From the NCBI GenBank assembly GCA_964410325.1, contig CAYPFN010000009.1, positions 1,585-65,584 of the forward strand: a stretch of DNA of 64,000 nt, written 5' to 3'. Every line of letters starts with the position of its first letter. Position 1 is the stretch's first letter. The position numbers were made by a program, and so were the translations under genes. Under the pieces are notes generated by a model. It did no database searches, had not been told where the DNA came from, and saw nothing but the letters and a program-made list of their open reading frames with translations. The stretch comes from an uncultured Azospirillaceae bacterium (lineage in GTDB: Bacteria > Pseudomonadota > Alphaproteobacteria > RF32 > CAG-239). Shown piece by piece: positions 31,392 through 41,560 of the stretch.

Positions 31392-32031
31392 GATTTTCCA
31401 ACAAGTGACAAAGCTGTAAAACAATGGCATCAAACATGGCATAATTTAAAACGCCAGTATTGATGTTATAACGGGAAGTATGATATGAATCGACAAGAAG
31501 CAAAGAATGGTCGGCTAGATCATGAACGGCGCTGTGGGCAAATTTATAATCAGCCAGCCTGCAACCTAAAGCCTGCAAAGCGGCATTATGCGCAACTGAG
31601 CCTAAAGACAGAATGATTTTAAGGTTTTTCATGGCGGTAATTTCAGCTGCTAGAAATTTTCTGCAGGCTTTGGTCTCGGCGCTGGTAACTTTATTTTGTG
31701 GCGGCACACAGCGCACGGCATTAGTTATCCGAACATTGCAAAGTTCAAAACCGTCATCTTTGCATTTTTTGTAATTGCCTTTGGCAAATCCGAATTTTTT
31801 TAACGCTGGATACAAAACATCGCCGGCATAATCATTGGTAAACGGCCGGTTGGTCTGATTGGCGCCATTTAAGCCTGGCGCCAGGCCGATAACCAGAATT
31901 TCAGCATTTAAATCTCCGAACGGTTCGACCGGATTATTGTGATAATGCGGATATTTGCGTCGGTTTTCTTCTCTGAACTGCACCAGACGCGGACATAGAG
32001 AACAATTTTTTTCAGGCAGATAACAAAACAT
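31363..32031 (-). CDS. Uracil-DNA glycosylase family 5
   Basis: CSLCPRL Fe-S Cys, GLAPGLNGAN, NAVRCVPPQNK, SYHTSRYNINTG. Confidence 0.9.
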   Translation of the reverse strand: MFCYLPEKNCSLCPRLVQFREENRRKYPHYHNNPVEPFGDLNAEILVIGLAPGLNGANQTNRPFTNDYAGDVLYPALKKFGFAKGNYKKCKDDGFELCNVRITNAVRCVPPQNKVTSAETKACRKFLAAEITAMKNLKIILSLGSVAHNAALQALGCRLADYKFAHSAVHDLADHSLLLVDSYHTSRYNINTGVLNYAMFDAIVLQLCHLLENHVKNKKHFD

Positions 32032-32199
32032 TTTCCCCTCTTTTTTCTAAACTTTTACATCTTTAGCATAAAAAAAATCTTTGTGCACCATTTAAAATGT
32101 TTTTTTGCAGAATATATACACTCAAGAAGATATAACGCTTTCGGACTATACGTTGGTTAATTATCAAGAGAAAAACTATTTATAAATAGGAGTTAAGAA

Positions 32200-32762
32200 A
32201 TGAAAAAAACATTGTTGTTAGCGGGCGTTGCTAGTGTTTTCGCTTTAATGCAGGTGCTGCAAATTATAATTGGATGGATGAATATGAACCATATATCGGT
32301 GCAGATTATGTTTATTTTTATGCCAAGTATGGCGGTGTGGCGCGTCATATGAAAGACAGCTACAATTTTGGAGCCATAAATCTTAGCGTCAGAATGTACG
32401 ACCACCTGGGTTGGGAAGCGTTTTATCAACAAGGGAGCTAAAGAACAAATCGTAAAACGAACGAAAAATACAAATCAGAATTTTTAGCTTATAGTATTGA
32501 TTTATATGGATATATGCCAATTGTGTGCAGCGATTTTAATCTGTTGGGTTCGTTAGGTTTGGCTAATTATCGTGTTAAATTTACTTATCTGGATGTTAGC
32601 TCCAGGCATCAAAACCGCATCGGCTACTGTGCTGGTGTCTGTGTCCGGTGGAATTTCATCGAACATCTGGTCGCCCGCATCATGGGACATTATACCTATC
32701 TTGGTATAGAATATCTTGACAACTTAAAAGAAGTGACCGCTGGTTTGCGTTACACATTCTAA
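32200..32762 (+). pseudogene. Frameshifted outer-membrane beta-barrel protein
   Basis: AGGAG RBS, MKKTLLLAGVASVFA signal, PYIGADYVY, terminal AGLRYTF; at least two frameshifts. Confidence 0.8.
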
Positions 32763-32892
32763 AGATTCGAAAAATTTTATCAGACAATTCCTTGATGTTA
32801 AATTAAGGCATTATTTTTAGTTTTTATTTACAAAGTAAATATTTTCTGATAAAGAGTAAGTGTTGTGGCAATAATAATATAAACGGCATCTG

Positions 32893-34656
32893 ATGTTTGA
32901 AGAGTTAAAAACGCGTTTCAGAAAGACTTCTATTGTGCAAAACTACGGCAAAATGCTGCCGTATGTCCACCCATATTGGGGGCGAGCACTACTTGCCGTG
33001 TTCATCACGATTCCCATCGGTGGCATGGATGCGTTGATTGCCTGGTCTTTAAAGCCATATATGGATGTTGTAATGGTGGAAAAAAATGCGGCGTCAACAT
33101 GGTTTATTCCGTTGATCATCATTGTGTTTAGCAGTCTGCAGAGTTTTTTAAGCTACATGGCTACTTATTTGAACACATGGGTCGGACGTAAAATTTCCAA
33201 CGATGTTAAGATGGATTTATTTGATAAACTGATGCATTATGACGCGGCTTTTTTTGACAAGAACACTTCCGGCAATATTGTTTTTCGATTCAATAACGAT
33301 GTCGATTCTGCCTGCAACGGCCTGTTAACCAACATGAAGCTTTTTACCACCCGGCTATTTTCATCACTTTCATTGATTGGTGTTTTGTTTTATAATTCGT
33401 GGCAGTTGGCCATTATTGCCGTGGTTATTCTTTTAGGTGCCTTATATCCATTGACCACGATCCGCCGGCGGATTAAATCGGTTATGGACAAGAGCGTTTT
33501 TTCGGGTGCGGCGGTGGTGACTCATTATAATGAAACATTCAGTGGCAACCGGATTATTTCTTCCTATAACCTTTATGATTATCAAAACACCCGTTTCCGG
33601 GAAACCTTGCATTCTGTGTTTAAGCTAGGTATGAAAATGATACAGCGCACTGGTATGCTGTCGCCGTTAATGCATTTTATTGTTTCGCTAGGCATAGCGG
33701 CCGTTATCTGGGTCGGGAGCCATTTAATTATAACCCAGCAGATAACTTCGGGCAATTTTGTGTCATTCATTGCGGCGCTGATTATGCTTTACAATCCGAT
33801 TAAAAGCATCGGCAACAATTATAACAGTGTACAGATGTCTTTGATGGCGATGGAAAGGGTTTTTTTGCTAATGGGGGGGCATCCCAATATTCAAGACCGT
33901 AAAGACGCGCGGGAATTAAAAGAAATTTGCCAGGGAATAGAATATAAAAATGTTTGTTTTGAATATGTCAAAGGCAAGCCGGTTTTAAAAAATATAAATT
34001 TAGAAGCCAAAACCGGCCAGACAATTGCCTTAGTTGGCAATTCCGGTGGCGGCAAAACCACGCTTGTCAATCTGCTGCCGCGTTTCTATGACGTAACGTC
34101 GGGGCAAATTTGTATTGACGGCACGGACATTCGCGATTTTAAGATTCAATCGCTGCGTGATAAAATTTCAGTCGTATTTCAGGACAATTTTTTGTTTGCC
34201 GGCACAATTCGGGAAAATATTTTACTTGGCAAAAGAAATGCCACGCCAGAGGAAATTGCCAATGCTGTCAAGTGCGCCTGCCTTGACGAGTTTATCGCAA
34301 CCCTGGACAAGGGGCTTGAAACCGAAATCGGCGAACGCGGCGTCCTGCTTTCCGGTGGCCAAAAGCAGAGGATTGCCATCGCTCGCGCTTTCGTAAAAAA
34401 TGCGCCGATTGTCATTTTGGATGAAGCGACCTCGGCTTTGGATAATAAATCGGAAGCAATTGTGCAGCAAGCGATTGACAATTTGATGACAGACCGCACG
34501 GTTTTTGTAATTGCCCACCGGCTTTCAACCGTCCGCCATGCCGATAAAATCGTGGTCGTTAATTACGGCGAAATTGTGGAAACCGGCACGCATGAAGAAC
34601 TTTTGGCCAATGCAGATGGCGTGTATGCCTCGCTTTACCAGTCCCAGCTAAAATAA
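32893..34656 (+). CDS. msbA: Lipid A ABC exporter MsbA-like
   Basis: 6 TM plus GNSGGGKTT, LSGGQKQR, LDEATSALD, IAHRLST. Confidence 0.82.
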   Translation: MFEELKTRFRKTSIVQNYGKMLPYVHPYWGRALLAVFITIPIGGMDALIAWSLKPYMDVVMVEKNAASTWFIPLIIIVFSSLQSFLSYMATYLNTWVGRKISNDVKMDLFDKLMHYDAAFFDKNTSGNIVFRFNNDVDSACNGLLTNMKLFTTRLFSSLSLIGVLFYNSWQLAIIAVVILLGALYPLTTIRRRIKSVMDKSVFSGAAVVTHYNETFSGNRIISSYNLYDYQNTRFRETLHSVFKLGMKMIQRTGMLSPLMHFIVSLGIAAVIWVGSHLIITQQITSGNFVSFIAALIMLYNPIKSIGNNYNSVQMSLMAMERVFLLMGGHPNIQDRKDARELKEICQGIEYKNVCFEYVKGKPVLKNINLEAKTGQTIALVGNSGGGKTTLVNLLPRFYDVTSGQICIDGTDIRDFKIQSLRDKISVVFQDNFLFAGTIRENILLGKRNATPEEIANAVKCACLDEFIATLDKGLETEIGERGVLLSGGQKQRIAIARAFVKNAPIVILDEATSALDNKSEAIVQQAIDNLMTDRTVFVIAHRLSTVRHADKIVVVNYGEIVETGTHEELLANADGVYASLYQSQLK

Positions 34657-34667
34657 ATTGATTATCC

Positions 34668-34686
34668 TAAACCAAATGTTAACCAT
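34668..34686. promoter_or_regulatory. Putative CtrA-binding site upstream of the FtsB-like gene
   Basis: TAAA-N7-TTAACCAT, one mismatch from TTAA-N7-TTAA and containing the TTAACCAT half-site. Confidence 0.4.
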
Positions 34687-34745
34687 AATATTCTTAAATG
34701 CATAGTGTGAAACGATTCTTACGAACAATATGGAATAACGAATAA

Positions 34746-35075
34746 ATGCGTGGATTGTCTGATATATGGGCAAAAATAAAAAGTTCTTCGGGGGTTTTGT
34801 TTATCATAATCCTGACCTTTATTTATTTTAGTTTTTATGCCATAAAAGGCGAACGCGGTTTTATGCGTTATGTATATCTGACCGACGAAGTGCAGAAAGC
34901 CAGAGATGTTGCGCAAAAGTATGCCGATGAAAAAGCTGATTGGGAAGAAAGAGTCCGTCTGCTGTCGGCGCGTAGTTTGGATTTGGATATGCTTGAAGAG
35001 CGAGCGCGTCTGGTGCTGAATATGGTCGGTGCTGATGAGTTTGTGATTTTGGATGATAATAATGCGGAAGAATAA
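34746..35075 (+). CDS. Septum formation initiator FtsB/DivIC family
   Basis: Single TM, GERG, coiled coil, LDLDMLEERAR. Confidence 0.82.
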   Translation: MRGLSDIWAKIKSSSGVLFIIILTFIYFSFYAIKGERGFMRYVYLTDEVQKARDVAQKYADEKADWEERVRLLSARSLDLDMLEERARLVLNMVGADEFVILDDNNAEE

Positions 35076-35159
35076 AATACTTTATTTTAAATAATTTATC
35101 TGTTATATTGACACAGATTTTTGCTTATTTACGGCAAAGTATTGAAATATGTGGATTTT

Positions 35160-36389
35160 ATGAAAAAAAGTATACGCAAAATAAAAATTAAAAAACCTTC
35201 AATGGTACATTATGGAGAGAGGAAACCTCTTTTTTCCAACAAGGAGATTATTTTCCGTAGCGGTGGCCGGGCAAAGGTTTTTAACATTTCTTCTCAGTTG
35301 CAGATGTTTTTGGTTGTGCTTTTGTTGATAGTAGGTGGCTGGAGCGCGTATTCTTATTATATGTATAACAAATCAGATAAAATAATTTCTTTTAAGGATC
35401 GAGAACTTAATGAAACTCGCGACGCCTATGTTGATTTGATGACTGATTTTGTGGCTATCCACCGCAATATCAGTTCTATGTTTACTCTGATTGATGAAGA
35501 GCAACTGAAAGATGATCTGAACATAAACCGCTACAAGCAACAGGCTCATGTGGTAGAAGAAAAGATTCGGCGCATTGCCGATACGACGGATTGGGTCAAA
35601 ACCGACGAATTGGAAGAGAAAACAGCTTTGCGTGACGCACTTTTACAGCGTGATCTTGCTATTTCCGAGCGTAACGAGCTTTTGGCTAAAATTGAGCTTT
35701 TGGAAGAAAATATTCAACGCCTGGAAGCCTCGGAAATGGAAATTTTAAATCGGGTCGGCAAACTATCTGACAAGGAAATGGCTAAAATTAAAGACGCGAT
35801 ATCCTCGATTAACAAATCAATCCAAAATCAAAACAAATATTTTAATCCTCTGGCCAACAGCAAAAAAGACAGCACCGGTGGCACTTATGAGCCAGATGTG
35901 CCAGTGGTGGCCAATGAGGCGTTGAACAAAAAAATACAGGAAGTTTTCACGCAGATTAACGATCTCAGCTATTATCGTGAAGTGATGAAAGCCGTGCCGA
36001 TTGGCAAACCAGTTTGGAGTTATTGGTTAAGTTCGGCTTTCGGGCATCGTTCGGATCCATTTAATAAGAAGTCAGCTACGCATAAGGGCGTGGATTTGGC
36101 CAGCAACAAGGGCAACAAAGTCAGGACGATGGCCAAAGGCAAAGTAACGCGTTCGGACTGGAACGGCGGTTATGGCAATATGATAGAAATTGATCACGGC
36201 AATGGTTTCAAAACCAGATATGCGCATTTGAACAAATCTTATGTTAAGAAGGGTGATTATGTTGAATCCGGCGATACGATAGCCGAAGTCGGTTCGACTG
36301 GGCGCTCAACGGGACCGCATCTTCATTATGAGGTTATTTATAATGGGACGCCGGTTGACCCGATGGCATTTATTAAAGCACAAATGTAA
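35160..36389 (+). CDS. M23 peptidase with N-terminal TM and coiled coil
   Basis: HKGVD, GYGN, YAHL, GRSTGPHLHYEV. Confidence 0.9.
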   Translation: MKKSIRKIKIKKPSMVHYGERKPLFSNKEIIFRSGGRAKVFNISSQLQMFLVVLLLIVGGWSAYSYYMYNKSDKIISFKDRELNETRDAYVDLMTDFVAIHRNISSMFTLIDEEQLKDDLNINRYKQQAHVVEEKIRRIADTTDWVKTDELEEKTALRDALLQRDLAISERNELLAKIELLEENIQRLEASEMEILNRVGKLSDKEMAKIKDAISSINKSIQNQNKYFNPLANSKKDSTGGTYEPDVPVVANEALNKKIQEVFTQINDLSYYREVMKAVPIGKPVWSYWLSSAFGHRSDPFNKKSATHKGVDLASNKGNKVRTMAKGKVTRSDWNGGYGNMIEIDHGNGFKTRYAHLNKSYVKKGDYVESGDTIAEVGSTGRSTGPHLHYEVIYNGTPVDPMAFIKAQM

Positions 36390-36399
36390 GGAAAATGTT

Positions 36400-36909
36400 A
36401 TGAAAAATTTTCGTAAAATGTTGTATATGAAAATCGCAAAGTTCCATAAAGATAACAATAAAATGCCGGTACCGAGCATTATTAGTTATGGCACCAAGAT
36501 AAAGGGAGATATTTTGGGCGGCGACGTCATTCATATTGACGGTCGTTTGGAAGGTAATATCAGCTGTGAAGAACTGGTTATCGGCATAAAGGGTCAGGTG
36601 TTTGGGCAGATTAGAGTCAAAAGTCTGAGTCTGTACGGCACTTTGCAAGGCACAGCCGAGGCTGAAAATTTGTTTATTGCCAGCACGGCGCGTTTAACTG
36701 GCGATGCCCTGCACAATTCGATAGCGATTGAGCCAGGCGCCTACGTTGAAGGGCGTTATGTGCGCATACAAAGCCTACAGAAGCGGGCGACTGTTTCCGA
36801 AAAGGACGAAAAAGAACCCGTTGCTAGAAAAACCGCGACTACTGAAAAAACGCCAGCGACGGTAAATGCCTCTTCAACGTTGTTTAAAACCGCCTCATCT
36901 GGCAAATAA
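36400..36909 (+). CDS. Bactofilin
   Basis: PSII..GTKIKGDI...IDGRLEGNI...IAIEPGA; follows the M23 gene. Confidence 0.88.
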   Translation: MKNFRKMLYMKIAKFHKDNNKMPVPSIISYGTKIKGDILGGDVIHIDGRLEGNISCEELVIGIKGQVFGQIRVKSLSLYGTLQGTAEAENLFIASTARLTGDALHNSIAIEPGAYVEGRYVRIQSLQKRATVSEKDEKEPVARKTATTEKTPATVNASSTLFKTASSGK

Positions 36910-36911
36910 AT

Positions 36912-37412
36912 ATGACCGCGACAAAAAAAAACAAAAAATCTGATTTCATCAGCACGGGGTTGGTTGCCCATAACCGGCGTGCGCATTTTGATTATTTGAT
37001 TGACGAAGTTTTTACTGCCGGCCTGGCGTTAAACGGAACTGAGGTCAAATCCCTGCGTTTAGGGCATGCCAACATTAATGAGGCATACGGCATCGTCAAA
37101 GAGGGCGAGATATACATTTCCAATATGTTTATTGCCGAATACGTCAACAAAGGTTATGATAGCCATGTTGAAAAACGAAATCGGAAACTACTGTTAAAAA
37201 AGCGCGAGATTATCAGGATTATCAACGCACTTTCCCGAAAAGGCTCAACCTTAATTGCCCTGAAATTGTTTTTTAACGACCACGGCCACGCCAAATTGGA
37301 AGTCGGCTTAGGGCACGGTAAAAAGCTTTATGATAAAAGGGAAGCTATTAAAGAGCGGGATTGGAAACGCGAGAGCGCCAGAGTTTTAAATAAAGGTGCA
37401 GGTCAGTTTTGA
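36912..37412 (+). CDS. smpB: SsrA-binding protein SmpB
   Basis: NRRAHFDY, GTEVKSLR, RKLLL, GKKLYDKRE. Confidence 0.97.
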   Translation: MTATKKNKKSDFISTGLVAHNRRAHFDYLIDEVFTAGLALNGTEVKSLRLGHANINEAYGIVKEGEIYISNMFIAEYVNKGYDSHVEKRNRKLLLKKREIIRIINALSRKGSTLIALKLFFNDHGHAKLEVGLGHGKKLYDKREAIKERDWKRESARVLNKGAGQF

Positions 37413-37472
37413 TTAGGGGCTTCAAGCTCTTGTGTAAAATTATTTTTTTCAACACCTTGTTTTTAAGTTTGT

Positions 37473-37575
37473 TTTTCGCCGACAGATGCTGGTTTGTTAG
37501 CTTGCAAGCAAGAGGTAGGGCCACGAAGTAAGCGTTACAAACCAAGTGACCACAGCGACTTAATGTTGTGCATAT
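37473..37575 (+). pseudogene. Possible remnant of an exonuclease III (xth) C-terminus
   Basis: FSPTDAGLLACKQEVGPRSKRYKPSDH resembles the LSP....L..C.....PR...KPSDH end of Xth. Confidence 0.45.
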
Positions 37576-37667
37576 GTGCAAGACTTATGGAACCAGACGA
37601 ACTTTGGTTTGAACACAATATAAAAAACAATAAAAAGCGCTCCATAAAGAAACGCCTTTTTTCAATC

Positions 37668-37744
37668 TGGGGCGAACGATGGGGCTCGAACCCACGACAA
37701 CCGGTACCACAAACCGGGGCTCTACCAACTGAGCTACATTCGCC
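37668..37744 (-). tRNA. tRNA-His(GUG)
   Basis: Full cloverleaf, anticodon loop TTGTGGT, GTTCGA T-loop, encoded CCA, G-1:C73. Confidence 0.97.
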
Positions 37745-37918
37745 ATCGATTATTGCCTTTTACAAATATTCTTAAATAAAGTCAATATAAAATATTTTGT
37801 AAAATTAAAAAAACTTGGTGGTTTTCTTGGTCGAGAAATATTTTTTATGCCGTTAACGCTTTATTTCCCTTTTCGTTTTACCCTCTAAACAACGAATCAA
37901 TCTTGCAGAGAAAACATA

Positions 37919-39097
37919 ATGAAATACGTTTCTTTTATTGCTTTAACGGCAGCTGTCGTGTTTTTACGGATAGCCAGTGCGCCGGCGGCGACATCTTCAA
38001 TTGTGATTGATGCCACTAGCGGCAATGTCCTATATGCAGATAATGCCGACGAACAACGTTATCCGGCGTCTTTAACCAAACTGATGACGCTTTATATAAC
38101 TTTTAACGCTTTGGAAAACGGAATGCTGAAGTTGGACGATAAACTTAAAATATCCCATACGGCGGCCAACCGTTCGCCCTCAAGGCTTAACTTAACGCCT
38201 GGCAAAACAATTGATGTCCGCACCGCTATTTTGGCTACAATCGTTAAATCAGCAAACGACTGCGCCACCGTGTTGAGCGAAGCTTTGGCCAAAGATGAAC
38301 GCAGCTTTGCCGTTTTAATGACGGAAACGGCCAGAAATTTAGGCATGAAAAACACTACATTTAAAAATGCATCTGGTCTGCAGCATTCCCAGCAAAAAAC
38401 CACCGCTCGAGATATAGCCGTTCTGGCGGCGGCGCTTTATCATCATTTTCCACAGTATTACGCCTGGTTTTCTATCCCATCATTTGAATATGACGGTAAA
38501 ACATATACAACACATAATTTTTTATTGAAAGACTTTTACGGCGTGGATGGTATGAAAACCGGCTATACGGCCGCGGCCGGATATAATATTGTAACTTCTG
38601 CCAAACGTGGCGGTCGTCGGATAATTGCCGTTACCATGGGGCATGACCGGCGGGAAACACGCGATAAGGACGTTTCTGCCATGATGGAAAAAACTTTGGC
38701 CGAAATGGAAAAAACGGATCGCATCGATTCGCAAAAATTATATGCCGAAATTAATAAAACCATTTCTTCGGCAAAAAATGTTAAACTGGCCGCCGCGGGA
38801 AGTTATCTGCCGAAATCATCTAAAAACGGGAATTGGGCGATTCAGATCGGCGCTTTTGGTAATCATGGCAAAGCGCAAAATTATGCTACAAAAATAAAAA
38901 ATAAACTGTCAGGAAAATTTGCCGTCCGCGGGATTGATATAGAAAAATTTGATTTAAACGGCATAACAATGTATCGTTCCAAATTGGTCGGACTGGATAA
39001 AAATGCGGCTGACAAAGCTTGCAATTTTCTGCAAAAAAGCGGCCAGTCCTGCATGGTGACGGCTTATCGCTCCAATCCTGCATATGCCCGGAAATAA
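37919..39097 (+). CDS. D-Ala-D-Ala carboxypeptidase (S11) with C-terminal SPOR domain
   Basis: SLTK (SxxK), SAN (SxN), KTG; WAIQIGAF SPOR. Confidence 0.92.
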   Translation: MKYVSFIALTAAVVFLRIASAPAATSSIVIDATSGNVLYADNADEQRYPASLTKLMTLYITFNALENGMLKLDDKLKISHTAANRSPSRLNLTPGKTIDVRTAILATIVKSANDCATVLSEALAKDERSFAVLMTETARNLGMKNTTFKNASGLQHSQQKTTARDIAVLAAALYHHFPQYYAWFSIPSFEYDGKTYTTHNFLLKDFYGVDGMKTGYTAAAGYNIVTSAKRGGRRIIAVTMGHDRRETRDKDVSAMMEKTLAEMEKTDRIDSQKLYAEINKTISSAKNVKLAAAGSYLPKSSKNGNWAIQIGAFGNHGKAQNYATKIKNKLSGKFAVRGIDIEKFDLNGITMYRSKLVGLDKNAADKACNFLQKSGQSCMVTAYRSNPAYARK

Positions 39098-39099
39098 CC

Positions 39100-39774
39100 A
39101 TGGCTCAGATTATTGTCATAAGCAGCTTAAACACCTTTTCTGGTAAAACTTTGCTGGCTGCCCATCTGGCGATTATGCTGGCTGCTGAATATAAAACTGC
39201 GGTTTTAGATTCGGCTTCCGGTGACAGTGCGCTTGCTTCCTTTATAGCCAGACGCCATAACTTAAATATGAGCAGGGGATATAATCTGCTTACGCCGCCG
39301 TACCATACTTTACATAAAGAGACATTTGAGTCATTAAATCAAAGTTGTGATGTACTGATTCTAGATTCGCCAGAAGAAAAATATTTTAAATATGCCGATA
39401 TACTGCTTACACCTCTGCACGGAAAAGAAGGCGCGTCTTCCGTTGCTTCTGTCGGCAGTATGTATGCCTCGCTGGTATGGGAAGCTAAAAAGCACCGGGC
39501 GGCTTTGGGAAAAAATGCTTTCCGCTGGATAGTCTGCCCTAATGATGATTATGATGCCGATGATAAAGCAAAAATATCTTCCGCTGGGAAAATTATCGGT
39601 TTTCAAGTTTCGCCCAGACTGCAGCGACGCAAAGAATATGCTGAAGGGATGAAAACCGGCCTGACGGTTCTGGATAAGGATCTGCCAGATTTAAAAACTT
39701 TATTTGATTTACCGGATTTATATGCCCGCCGCGAACTAAAAAAATTGGTAGCTTTTATTTGGCCTGATAAGTAA
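39100..39774 (+). CDS. mipZ: MipZ-like division-positioning ATPase, degenerate
   Basis: SGKT..A.HLA, YASLVWEAKKHRA, WIVCPN, GLTVLD, ARREL. Confidence 0.7.
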   Translation: MAQIIVISSLNTFSGKTLLAAHLAIMLAAEYKTAVLDSASGDSALASFIARRHNLNMSRGYNLLTPPYHTLHKETFESLNQSCDVLILDSPEEKYFKYADILLTPLHGKEGASSVASVGSMYASLVWEAKKHRAALGKNAFRWIVCPNDDYDADDKAKISSAGKIIGFQVSPRLQRRKEYAEGMKTGLTVLDKDLPDLKTLFDLPDLYARRELKKLVAFIWPDK

Positions 39775-39872
39775 TATTTATAGCGCAGAACAGATAAATT
39801 TTGCTTTACCTCATAAATCTTTTGGGGCAAAATACGGAAATAAAACATAAATAAGCATAAATGGAGATGATT

Positions 39873-41492
39873 ATGATAAAAATTATTTCAACAACGCCTT
39901 ATACCGATCAAAAGATGGGTACTGGTGGAATTCGCAAAAAATCCCGCGTGGCGGTTCAGCCCAATTATGTTGAAAATTTTATCCAAAGCCTGTTTGAGGC
40001 TATAGGCGGCGTCACAGGTCAGACTTTTGTGTTAGGTGGCGACGGGCGCTATTATAACGAAATTGCCATTCAGAAAATCATCAAAATCGCCGCCGCCAAC
40101 GGCATGAAAAAATTAATTGTCGGCCAAAACGGCTATATTTCCACGCCGGCTTCTTCCAATGTGCTGTTGAAAAATCATGCCGACGGCGGATTGGTTTTAT
40201 CGGCTTCGCATAATCCCGGCGGAATTAACGGCGATTTCGGCATTAAATACGCCACCAAAAGCGGCGGTCAGTGTCCAACCTCGATAAGCAATGCGATTTA
40301 CGCCCGCAGCAAAGAAATCAGAGAATATAAAATTTTTGACGCGCCGGATATTGATTTAAGCCATATCGGCAGCCAAAAATTAGGCGATATGGAAATTGAG
40401 GTAATTGACCCGGTAAAAGATTATGTTGAAATGATGGAAGGTATTTTTGATTTTGCCGCTATTAAAAAGCTTTTTCAAAAAGGTTTTACCATGGTCTTTG
40501 ATGCAATGAACGGCGTAACTGGACCGTATGCTGTAAAAATTTTTGAAGAAATTTTGGGCGCGCCGCAAGGATCTGTGCGCAACTTTGTGCCTAAGCAGGA
40601 TTTTGGCGGTCTGCATCCAGATCCAAATTTAATTTATGCCAAAGACTTGGTTGATTTGATGTATTCTGCTCAAGCGCCTGATTTTGGCGCGGCTAATGAC
40701 GGGGACGGCGATCGCAATATGATTTTAGGACGTAAATTTTTTGTTACGCCGAGCGATAGTCTGGCTATTTTAACCGATAATTATAAATATATTCCGGTAT
40801 ACAAAAACGGCATATACGGAGTTGCTAAGTCGGCGGCCACATCGACCGCCGTATCCAGAGTGGCCAAAGCTTTAAATATCGGTTATTATGAAGTGCCGAC
40901 TGGTTGGAAATATTTTTGTAATCTGATGGATTCCCAAAGAGTTACGCTTTGCGGTGAAGAAAGTTTTGGCACAGGCTCAAGCCATATCCGCGAAAAAGAC
41001 GGAATTTGGGCAGTTTTGTTTTGGCTGAATATTATTGCGGCTACAGGTAAATCCGTTCGGGAAATCACCGAAGAATTTTGGCAAAAATACGGCCGCAGCT
41101 ATTATCTGCGCTTTGATTATGACGGTATAGATACGGCTGTTGCCGATAAACTCATGGCGGATCTGGAAGCATCGCTCCCTTTACTTACCGGTAGAAACTT
41201 TTCTGGTTACGAAGTTTCGGAGGCTTATCCGTTCATATATAAAGATCCGGTAGACGGAAGTTCTACTAAAAATGGCCTGATTGTTTGGTTTAAAGACGGA
41301 TCGCGCATTGTTTACCGTTTGTCCGGAACTGGAACAACCGGCTCAACATTGCGAGTTTATCTGGAAGTTTATGAGCAAAAACGTCTGGATGCCAAGCCTG
41401 AGGAAATGCTCACATCCTTATCCAAAGCCGCTATGGATATTGCGGAAATAACCCAACGCACTGGTAAAATTAAGGCTGATATAATAACTTAA
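39873..41492 (+). CDS. pgm: Phosphoglucomutase
   Basis: SASHNPGG, DGDGDRN, CGEESFG, RLSGTG. Confidence 0.95.
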   Translation: MIKIISTTPYTDQKMGTGGIRKKSRVAVQPNYVENFIQSLFEAIGGVTGQTFVLGGDGRYYNEIAIQKIIKIAAANGMKKLIVGQNGYISTPASSNVLLKNHADGGLVLSASHNPGGINGDFGIKYATKSGGQCPTSISNAIYARSKEIREYKIFDAPDIDLSHIGSQKLGDMEIEVIDPVKDYVEMMEGIFDFAAIKKLFQKGFTMVFDAMNGVTGPYAVKIFEEILGAPQGSVRNFVPKQDFGGLHPDPNLIYAKDLVDLMYSAQAPDFGAANDGDGDRNMILGRKFFVTPSDSLAILTDNYKYIPVYKNGIYGVAKSAATSTAVSRVAKALNIGYYEVPTGWKYFCNLMDSQRVTLCGEESFGTGSSHIREKDGIWAVLFWLNIIAATGKSVREITEEFWQKYGRSYYLRFDYDGIDTAVADKLMADLEASLPLLTGRNFSGYEVSEAYPFIYKDPVDGSSTKNGLIVWFKDGSRIVYRLSGTGTTGSTLRVYLEVYEQKRLDAKPEEMLTSLSKAAMDIAEITQRTGKIKADIIT

Positions 41493-41560
41493 AACCATAA
41501 AAACTGACCGCTGTGACAAACAGCGGAGGCAATTGGCTGATAAAATAAAAGGTTTGATTT

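Noticed and set aside
37412-37667. tmRNA or an integrated element beside smpB / tRNA-His
   Set aside because: No tmRNA-like ends, no integrase and no duplicated tRNA 3' end
37494-37775. 93-aa plus-strand ORF
   Set aside because: Runs antisense through tRNA-His; only its 5' part may be a relic
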